Source: a virus | Virus record (IMG/VR): IMGVR_UViG_3300011977_000034 | Location: 1 to 36,233 of that record | Strand: one strand, 5' to 3' | DNA: 36,233 bases | Position numbers and translations under genes: made by a program | In this document: one piece after another, positions 29,616 to 36,233 of the stretch | Layout: every line of letters starts with the position of its first letter | Numbering within the stretch: the stretch's first letter is position 1 | Notes under the pieces: generated by a model | Seen by the model: the letters and a program-made list of their open reading frames with translations, nothing else | What the model was told of the DNA's origin: nothing | Database searches by the model: none

Positions 29616-31847
29616 TTACTTTTTTCTATAAATATTTCCGTTTTCGATTTGAAACGCTGCATTTTCTTTCACGCGGTTTTTTACCGTATTATAAGATACG
29701 CCCAAATACTCCGCCATGTTTTGAACCGTCACCGTTCCGTCCATGTTGCAAGCGTTGAACGCATTTTCAAAAGCCGCTTTCTTATCGGCTTTCTGTGCCG
29801 CATAGGTTTCCTTTGTCTTTTTGCCCCGTTTCTGATTTCCACGTTGATACGGATGCATCTCGCTTTCTGACTGCAAATCTTTCAGCACGCCAATGGTATC
29901 TTCCACGTGCACCGGATACCGAAACCACAGATTCTTCGGCTCGAACTTCGGGAACTCTCGCAGCGTACCATCCAGCCGCCACGCCGTCCGCTGTCGCACC
30001 GTCCGTTTGATGGTTTCCATCTCGCTGAGAAACGCTTCATAGACGGCTGGCGGTAGATTGTCCTGACACAGTTTCAGGGCTTCCACATGGCTCAGCAGGG
30101 CATCCGGCGAGGCATCCGCCAACACTACCGGAGCATGCCGCCGCAGCTGTTCCACGCAGGCATCACAGATCGCCGTGTTGGTTTCCTGCTTGCGGATGTC
30201 CTCGGAGAGTTCCAGTTCTGTCAGGTCAAGCAGGGCATCGGGGTCACGGGCAAACACTCCCGAACCGGATGCTCTATCCATGCTGCGTTTGCCGCCCTGA
30301 GCCCCCTTGCTGTGGTGGTGGCAATAAATCACCGCACAGCCCAACTGCGTGCACACCTTGTCAAACTGGTTGCAGAAATGTGCCATCTGGTCAGCACTGT
30401 TTTCATCGCCCGTGATGACCTTGTAAATCGGGTCGATGATGACAGCAATGTACTGTTTTTTCTTGGCTCGCCGAATCAGTTTCGGGGCAAGCCTGTCCAT
30501 CGGCTCGGTCACACCACGCAGATTCCAGATGTCAATGCTCTGGAGATTCGCCGTCGGCAGTTCCATTGCCTGATACACATCCCGAAACCGATGCAGGCAG
30601 CTGGCTCTGTCCAGTTCCAGATTGACATACAGCACACGCCCCTTTGCACATTGCCAGCCCAGCCACTGCCTGCCCTCAGCAATCGCAATGGACATTTCAA
30701 TGAGGGCGTAGGATTTGCCGGCTTTGGAAGGTCCTGCAATCAGCATTTTGTGTCCCTGCCGCAGCACGTTTTCAATGAGCGGCGGCGATAGTTCCGGCAT
30801 GTGTTCCCACGCTTCCGCCATGCTTTCAAACTCTGGCAGGTCATCGGTGACACTGTCGATGTAGTCCTTCCACTCTGCCCACGAACCCAGCCCGATGTTG
30901 GTTGCAACTAAGAATTGCTTCTTTCCGTTTCGCATCACGCCCGGCATTCTGGATAGACGGGACGGATTCCGGTTCTGACGGTCCACTTTCAGCCCGTTCT
31001 TGTCGCAAACGTCATAGAGGAAATCCACTCGCTTCCGGTATTCCTCGTAGTTTGGGGCATCCACTCGTACAATGGCGTGTAGGCTCTTGCCGCCGCTGTA
31101 AACCAAGCAGGCAATGGGCAGCTGCATTTCATGTAAAATCCCGTTCTGCCGTTCGATGTCCAGCACATCGGATTCTACCAACGCAAACCGATATTCCGTG
31201 ACATTTTCGTTCTTGCCGCCCTTGCCATCCAACGGGTTGAAGCGAATCCATGCCCCGGCTGCTTCCATGTAGTCCCCGAACACTGCCCCGATGTCCTCGC
31301 CGCACTGGCTCAGAGCCTCCAGCAGCTGCCCAGCGGTGCGGTCGCAGCAGCCGGAGGTTGGCATATACTTGCCGTCTTTGTTCTGCCATGTTTCCGTCAC
31401 ATAGCCCACGAAATCATCTGCTTCAAACAGCGTTTCGATATATTGGGAAAGTTCCTGTGCTGGATTCCATGTTTCCGGCTCTGGAATGGGGATGTCCTGT
31501 GCTTCTTTTCGGCTGGTAACCACATAATCTTCCCCAATGGTGTCATCCCAGTTCAAGGCATGAGATTCTTTTTTGGAATACTGGGGGCGGTAGCCGTTTT
31601 CCAGTGCCAGATGCACAATCGTTCCGGCAGTGACGGGATGTTCGCAGCCTGCAAAGGTTCGCCATTTCTTTTCGCATTCGCCCTTGTGATAGCGTGCAGC
31701 ATCTCGCTGTGACCAGACATCCCAAAGCGAACAGTCATAGCCGGCATCTTTCAACGCCATGCCCACGCCGCACCATTCCTGATAGGTTAAGGATGCAGGG
31801 TCGATGTAGTCCAGTAGTTCGTCTAAATTGTTATTTCTATCATCCAT
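29616..31847 (-). CDS. Replication protein: PriCT-2 plus AEP-type primase/polymerase plus AAA_25 (RecA/DnaB-like) ATPase plus C-terminal HTH (743 aa)
   Basis: Four segments support the call. YQEWCGVGMALKDAGY..WDVWSQ...KKWRTF is PriCT-2. VYSGGKSLHAIVRV is AEP motif III-like. IAGPSKAGKSYALIEM is Walker A. The HTH is MAEYLGVSYNTVKNRV. Confidence 0.9.
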   Translation of the reverse strand: MDDRNNNLDELLDYIDPASLTYQEWCGVGMALKDAGYDCSLWDVWSQRDAARYHKGECEKKWRTFAGCEHPVTAGTIVHLALENGYRPQYSKKESHALNWDDTIGEDYVVTSRKEAQDIPIPEPETWNPAQELSQYIETLFEADDFVGYVTETWQNKDGKYMPTSGCCDRTAGQLLEALSQCGEDIGAVFGDYMEAAGAWIRFNPLDGKGGKNENVTEYRFALVESDVLDIERQNGILHEMQLPIACLVYSGGKSLHAIVRVDAPNYEEYRKRVDFLYDVCDKNGLKVDRQNRNPSRLSRMPGVMRNGKKQFLVATNIGLGSWAEWKDYIDSVTDDLPEFESMAEAWEHMPELSPPLIENVLRQGHKMLIAGPSKAGKSYALIEMSIAIAEGRQWLGWQCAKGRVLYVNLELDRASCLHRFRDVYQAMELPTANLQSIDIWNLRGVTEPMDRLAPKLIRRAKKKQYIAVIIDPIYKVITGDENSADQMAHFCNQFDKVCTQLGCAVIYCHHHSKGAQGGKRSMDRASGSGVFARDPDALLDLTELELSEDIRKQETNTAICDACVEQLRRHAPVVLADASPDALLSHVEALKLCQDNLPPAVYEAFLSEMETIKRTVRQRTAWRLDGTLREFPKFEPKNLWFRYPVHVEDTIGVLKDLQSESEMHPYQRGNQKRGKKTKETYAAQKADKKAAFENAFNACNMDGTVTVQNMAEYLGVSYNTVKNRVKENAAFQIENGNIYRKK

Positions 31848-31858
31848 TTATCCATGCT

Positions 31859-33445
31859 TCACCCCTCCGGTATATATTCTGATGCGGTAATGCTGTTTGG
31901 GACACGCCAGCCGTTTGCAGCAATGCGGTTGATTAGATTTTTTGCCGCATCGAATTTCCAGCCGCCGACGTGCTGAAACCCGTACTTTTCCAAGCAGCGA
32001 ATTTGTTTTGGCGTTGCCAGTCCGCTTTGCTGCCGCTGAGCCACCGCACGCAGAATCTGTTCTGCTTTTCCGGCACTCTCTACGGCATCGGGATTGATGC
32101 CCCGTTTTTCCAAGGCTTTTTTCTGCTGGGCGGTCGGTGGATTGGATTCCCACCCGAACGCCGGAACATAGCCGGACAAATCCTGCGACTGAATCGACAG
32201 TTCATATTGCAACGGGTCGACCAGCTTCGATTTGCGTTTTTTCATCGCTTCCAGCTTTTCGGCAAGTTTCGCTTCTCGGTCTGCTACTACGTCTTCGGAT
32301 GCCCGATTCTCTGCTGCTTCGATGTCAATCGGGATGCCGACTTGCTCTTCCAGCAGCTGGGTCATCTTCTGCTGTACGGCTTCGTCCTCGCAAATCAGGC
32401 ACGCCGGACGGCAGAGTTCATGCTTCTCGGTATTCCATAAAAAATCCAACAAGAGTAAGTGGTCTTTGCCCTCTGCCAGCCGTGTGCCACGCCCGACCAT
32501 CTGACAATACAGAGCACGCACTTTGGTTGACCGCAGCACGACCACGCAATCCACATCCGGACAGTCCCAGCCCTCTGTGAGCAGCATGCTGTTGCAGAGC
32601 ACGTTGTACTTGCCATCCGCAAAGTCTTGCAAGATTTGTTCTCGGTCATCGGATTCGCCGTTGACCTCTGCCGCACGGAATCCGTGCTGACAGAGCAAAT
32701 CACGGAACTTTTGAGAGGTTTTGACCAGCGGCAGGAATACCACCGTTTTGCGGTCGGCACAGTGCTTTGCCATTTCGGCGGCGATTTGTTCCAGATAGGG
32801 GTCTAACGCCGTGGCAATCTCTCCGGGCTTGTAATCGCCGGCAGTTGTTCCAACCTGTGTAAAGTCAATCTGAATCGGGACGGTCAATGCCCGAATCGGG
32901 GTTAAGTATCCCTCGTGGATTGCCTGCGGCAGGGTGTATTCATACGCCAAGCTATCGAACACCTTGCCCAGATTTTGCTTGTCGCCACGGTCTGGCGTTG
33001 CCGTTACGCCCAGCACATGAGCACCGGAGAAATGATTTAAAATCACCTGATAGCTGTCCGAAATGGCGTGGTGTGCTTCGTCAATGATAATCGTCTGGAA
33101 GTAATCGGCTGGGAACTGAGCAAGGCGTTTCTGCCGCATCAGGGTTTGCACGCTGCCCACAGTGACCCGATACCATTGCCCCAGACAAGTTTGTTCTGCC
33201 TTTTCTACGGCACATTTCAAGCCGCTGGTGCGTTCCAGCTTGTCCGCTGCCTGTTGCAGCAACTCGCCCCGATGTGCCAATATCAACACCCGATTGCCGC
33301 TGCGAACTTCGTCTTCGGTGATTTTTGCAAAGACGATGGTTTTGCCGCAGCCGGTGGGCAGAACCAGCAGCGTGCGGTTTCTGCCCTCGTCCCACTCCCG
33401 ATGCACGGCGGTGCGTGCTGCCTGCTGATAGGGTCGCATTTGCAT
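31859..33445 (-). CDS. Superfamily-2 DEAD/DEAH-box helicase (ResIII plus Helicase_C) (528 aa)
   Basis: The motifs are MRPYQ, LPTGCGKT, IIDEAHH and TATP, followed by helicase C motifs (LTEGWDCP, QMVGRGTR). Confidence 0.9.
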   Translation of the reverse strand: MQMRPYQQAARTAVHREWDEGRNRTLLVLPTGCGKTIVFAKITEDEVRSGNRVLILAHRGELLQQAADKLERTSGLKCAVEKAEQTCLGQWYRVTVGSVQTLMRQKRLAQFPADYFQTIIIDEAHHAISDSYQVILNHFSGAHVLGVTATPDRGDKQNLGKVFDSLAYEYTLPQAIHEGYLTPIRALTVPIQIDFTQVGTTAGDYKPGEIATALDPYLEQIAAEMAKHCADRKTVVFLPLVKTSQKFRDLLCQHGFRAAEVNGESDDREQILQDFADGKYNVLCNSMLLTEGWDCPDVDCVVVLRSTKVRALYCQMVGRGTRLAEGKDHLLLLDFLWNTEKHELCRPACLICEDEAVQQKMTQLLEEQVGIPIDIEAAENRASEDVVADREAKLAEKLEAMKKRKSKLVDPLQYELSIQSQDLSGYVPAFGWESNPPTAQQKKALEKRGINPDAVESAGKAEQILRAVAQRQQSGLATPKQIRCLEKYGFQHVGGWKFDAAKNLINRIAANGWRVPNSITASEYIPEG

Positions 33446-33458
33446 CTTGTATCACTCC

Positions 33459-34016
33459 TTAAAACTGACCTTTGTTCCAGCCGCCCTGCGGTGACTGCCA
33501 CGGCTGTGTGCTATTCTGTGGAGAAGTGGGCTGCGGTGCGGTGTAGGTCTGCTGTGGGGCACTCTGAGCAAGCTGCGGCTGGTCATAGGATGGATACCAC
33601 TTTTCAATCTGGTTTGCCTGTCCAACGCCGCCATCTTTCTTGTCATAATTGCGGATTTTCACGTGACAAATGCCGCTTTTTCCGTTGACTTCCTGCCAGT
33701 TCATCCGTGCAGCCTGTCCCTTTTGCTTCATGCCGATGCTGGCGAAAAATTCCGACAGCTTCCATTCCATCTTTGTGTGCAGGAACAAGTTTTCCTGCAA
33801 GAGCACGCTGCTGCCGTCAGGGCTGAATACACGGAAGTGAAGGATTGCCTTGTTGCAAGGCGGAATTTTGTCAGAGCCGTTGTGTCTGGCACGGTCGAAC
33901 TTCTCCACGGTGAAGCGATAATCGCCCTCCGGCAGCAAAATGAAGCTGCTTTCCTGCTGGATTTCATCATCCCAGCCCAATTCGTGACCCTGTGCAGTTG
34001 TGTTATAGTTTTCCAT
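33459..34016 (-). CDS. DUF669-family protein (phage ssDNA-binding-like), Q/P-rich tail (185 aa)
   Basis: The segment WDDEIQQESSFILLPEGDYRFTVEKFD is typical of DUF669. It shows synteny with the AAA_24 ATPase. Confidence 0.8.
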   Translation of the reverse strand: MENYNTTAQGHELGWDDEIQQESSFILLPEGDYRFTVEKFDRARHNGSDKIPPCNKAILHFRVFSPDGSSVLLQENLFLHTKMEWKLSEFFASIGMKQKGQAARMNWQEVNGKSGICHVKIRNYDKKDGGVGQANQIEKWYPSYDQPQLAQSAPQQTYTAPQPTSPQNSTQPWQSPQGGWNKGQF

Positions 34017-34067
34017 GAAAAATACCTACCTTTCTAAATTTACCTTGATTGGTTTTGTTTGCTTGCA

Positions 34068-35138
34068 TTAAAACGGGACGTTTCGGTTCTGCTGAATCAG
34101 GTCGAAGATGTTTTTCCACCACGGGATGCACCAGCCCTCTACGAAATCCTGCGGATACTGATTGACGGGCATATCTTCCGGAAAATATCCCTTTTCCCCA
34201 ACAACCTGTTGCAGTTCTTCGGGGGAAACGTGATTTGCTTCCATCAGCTGTGCAAGCTGCGGAAAGATGCCGTCCAACGAATCCGGCGTTGTAACAATCG
34301 GCGTTGCAGTTGCAAAATCCTGTTCGGTCGGCAGTCCGGCAGCCTGTGCCTGTTCCACAAGCTGTTGGGCTTTGGATACCGGTACAGGGGCAGGAGTAGT
34401 AGCAAAGAGGGAAGCAATCGAAGCATATTCCAGCGGCAGCATCTCGGGCAGCCCGAACCGATTCTTTGCATCCCACCATGCGGACTTTGTGGTATACATG
34501 ACCCGATTGCAGGCGGTTGCCTTGTGTTTTTTTCCCTTGTCATCGGTTGCAATTACATGCGTCTGGAATGCCAGAAACAGGGTGATGTCCGACCACTCTT
34601 TTAATAGTGGTGCAATCTTGTTGGTCGTTTTGTTTCCCAGTTTCAGTTCCCAGTGATCGAATTCAGCGTCCACTTCCGGCAACGATGCTTTTCGGGTGAT
34701 GGCGTGGCAAAGCAACGCAACATGGATGCCTGCCTGAATGAGCCGTTCTGTGCTGTCCAGAAACCGCCCGATCTCTTCGGCTTCGTATTCCCAGCCCTTG
34801 CCGTAACCGAAGCCTTCGATGCCGTTCACGTTATGTTTGCTGCACAGTTGTGCAATGGCAAGGCGTTCCGCCCAGTCGAATGTATCAATGATGACCGTCT
34901 GATACTGCCGCTGCACATGAGATTCCAGCACGAATTTCAATTCCTGCTGCAACATCTCCCAGCTGGTGGGCTTCGGCAGCCGCCGAACGTCCATTTTGGA
35001 GGTGCTGCCCTCGCAGTCAATAAAGACCGCTCCCGGCAGCTGTGCCGCCAGGGAAGTCTTGCCAACGCCTTCCTGTCCGTAGATGACCAGCTTTATGCCG
35101 GAGCCGGTCTGAATGCCGTTTGTTTCTTCAAAATTCAT
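34068..35138 (-). CDS. AAA_24 / Sak4-like RecA-type ATPase (356 aa)
   Basis: The motifs are KLVIYGQEGVGKTSLAAQLPGAVFIDCEG and VIIDTF (Walker B). Confidence 0.85.
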   Translation of the reverse strand: MNFEETNGIQTGSGIKLVIYGQEGVGKTSLAAQLPGAVFIDCEGSTSKMDVRRLPKPTSWEMLQQELKFVLESHVQRQYQTVIIDTFDWAERLAIAQLCSKHNVNGIEGFGYGKGWEYEAEEIGRFLDSTERLIQAGIHVALLCHAITRKASLPEVDAEFDHWELKLGNKTTNKIAPLLKEWSDITLFLAFQTHVIATDDKGKKHKATACNRVMYTTKSAWWDAKNRFGLPEMLPLEYASIASLFATTPAPVPVSKAQQLVEQAQAAGLPTEQDFATATPIVTTPDSLDGIFPQLAQLMEANHVSPEELQQVVGEKGYFPEDMPVNQYPQDFVEGWCIPWWKNIFDLIQQNRNVPF

Positions 35139-36233
35139 TTAAAATGCTCCTTTCGTCCATGTCTTCTGCATGGTTGGCGGTTTCGGCTGCTGTTCCTGAT
35201 TGTTTACAGAATAGCCATCCTCAATAATGATGCTGCATTCCTCACCGGTAGAAACGCGTGTGGCGATTGCCTGCAAGCCCTCTTGCTCCAGCCACTGCCC
35301 GAATGTCTGTAAAGTGCTGCTATCCATCTGTTCCAGCTTGTCCAGCAGCACAAAACCGCAGTCTGGATTCAGCTTGCGAACAATGGCAGTTGCCACACGC
35401 AATTGTTCCGAACCGCTCATGCTGTCCCACTGTTTGCCGTGATACTGCAACGCACCGTTTTCCACCGTCAGCCCTTCTAGCGGCAGGTCAGCGGATTGCA
35501 GCAAGTCTTGCTTTTCTTGCCGGAGTGCGGAAATCTGTTCGGTCAATGCTTCGTAATCCTGCCGATAGGTCTTGGCTTCTTCTTCGGCGTGTTCCTTGTT
35601 CAGGTTGTCCCGAATTTTCATGTTGATGGCATCTATTTCCGCAATGCTCTTTTCCAGTTCAGCGGTAGATTCGTCCTGCAAATCCTGTGCGGACATCTGT
35701 GCAATCCTTGCATTCTGTTCTGCCTGTTCCAGTCGTTTTTTGGCTGCGTCATAGGCTGCCTGTGCAGCAGTGAGTTCCTGTGCATACTGAACGGCATGCT
35801 CTCGCTTTCGCTGATTTTCGCCGTTTCGTGCCAGTATCGCTTGCTGTTTTGCAAGGAGTTCTGATGCAGAAACAGGCGTACTGGGGACATTCTCCCAGCA
35901 TTGCAACTCTGAAGCGTACTTTTGTTTCTGGTCTGCGATTCTGCCGATGGCGGTTCTCTGGTTGTACAGGCGGCTTTCTTCTGCTTCCAGCTGTGCGAGT
36001 TGGTCGCCAATGCCAATGATTTGCAGCAGAATTGCCGCCTTTTCCTTGTCGGATGCATGCATAAACTTTGGCAAGTCCAGTGCTAACGCAGACAGAAACG
36101 AGTTTAGCAGCTGCTGTCCTGCCTTGTTCCCGTGTGGGTCGATGACTTTCAGGCTGCTGTTCTTGCCCTTTCGCTCCACAATCAGCCCGTTGGACAACTC
36201 TACATGCAAGATGGGGTCAGTGTATGCTCCATC
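35139..36233 (-). CDS. SMC/Rad50/RecN-like ABC ATPase, C-terminal part (joins 1-263 across the junction)
   Basis: A long coiled coil is followed by the signature-like MSGSEQLRVATAI and the Walker B motif FVLLDKLEQMD. The reading frame stays open to the end of the window and continues in bases 78-263. Confidence 0.85.
   Translation of the reverse strand, partial: DGAYTDPILHVELSNGLIVERKGKNSSLKVIDPHGNKAGQQLLNSFLSALALDLPKFMHASDKEKAAILLQIIGIGDQLAQLEAEESRLYNQRTAIGRIADQKQKYASELQCWENVPSTPVSASELLAKQQAILARNGENQRKREHAVQYAQELTAAQAAYDAAKKRLEQAEQNARIAQMSAQDLQDESTAELEKSIAEIDAINMKIRDNLNKEHAEEEAKTYRQDYEALTEQISALRQEKQDLLQSADLPLEGLTVENGALQYHGKQWDSMSGSEQLRVATAIVRKLNPDCGFVLLDKLEQMDSSTLQTFGQWLEQEGLQAIATRVSTGEECSIIIEDGYSVNNQEQQPKPPTMQKTWTKGAF
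36157..36233. repeat. Terminal 77-bp overlap, copy 2 (identical to 1-77)
   Basis: Same 77-mer as bases 1-77. Confidence 0.97.

Larger units (their letters stand above)
1..36233. mobile_element. Complete temperate siphovirus-type phage genome, assembled as a circle (about 36,156 bp unique)
   Basis: A full set of lysogeny, replication, packaging, head, tail and lysis genes is present. No flanking bacterial genes are seen. The two ends are an identical 77-bp overlap, and one ORF is continuous across the junction. Confidence 0.85.

Noticed and set aside
31848-33501. Arg/Cys/Gly-rich alternative-frame ORFs overlapping the SF2 helicase gene (for example 31848..32153, 32395..32760, 33081..33455)
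   Set aside because: They are out-of-frame shadows in a GC-richer gene. They have no RBS and a biased, non-protein-like composition.
1-36233. Search by eye for tRNA/tmRNA genes, a reverse transcriptase/DGR, methyltransferases, HNH endonuclease or known defence and anti-defence cassettes
   Set aside because: No cloverleaf-like segments or corresponding protein motifs were recognised. The non-coding gaps are short and are explained by promoters, terminators or palindromes. Absence is by eye only and should be confirmed with tRNAscan/Infernal and HMM searches.

Overview
This window is a complete, circularly closed genome of a temperate tailed phage, about 36,156 bp unique. Bases 1-77 are identical to 36157-36233, and one gene runs across that junction. 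The signals are Gram-positive (Firmicutes-type): GGAGG ribosome binding sites, TTGACA/TATAAT promoters, a holin plus endolysin and no spanins.

Almost everything is on the minus strand. Only three lysogeny genes are on the plus strand: a YjcQ-like protein (2689-2976), a CI-like XRE repressor (3497-4009) and a large serine integrase (4194-5690).

Reading the minus strand from the genetic switch at about 3333-3474:
- Early genes (3198 down to 1): a Cro-like HTH protein, a KilAC antirepressor and several tiny Cys4 or hypothetical genes.
- Replication and recombination module, reached across the junction (36156 down to 29047): SMC/Rad50-like ATPase, AAA_24 Sak4-like ATPase, DUF669 protein, SF2 helicase, PriCT/AEP-primase/AAA_25 fusion, candidate ori and RusA.
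- Two hypothetical genes and a sigma-region-4-like late regulator (27865-28272).
- One long late operon (27760 down to 5827): TerS, TerL, portal, MuF, small cassettes, thioredoxin-like protein, scaffold, major capsid, connectors, major tail protein, G/GT chaperones, Dit, Tal, tape measure, LRR and collagen tail fibres, holin and endolysin.

Most interesting observations:
1. The late operon starts with a consensus extended -10 promoter that runs straight into an intrinsic terminator just before terS, with two more sense terminators inside the head genes. This suggests an antitermination checkpoint.
2. The MuF head protein carries an AT-rich, His-rich C-terminal extension followed by a translationally coupled small ORF. 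This is a candidate MuF polymorphic toxin/immunity pair.
3. The tape measure gene lies after Dit and Tal rather than directly after the G/GT chaperones.
4. Two unrelated leucine-rich-repeat proteins sit in the tail-fibre module, one built from five near-identical 69-bp repeats.
5. A CPPC thioredoxin-like gene is wired into the head assembly genes.
6. The genetic switch has mirrored promoters, plus a second promoter pair and a structured leader in front of the antirepressor gene.

All domain calls come from reading motifs by eye. No database search was run.
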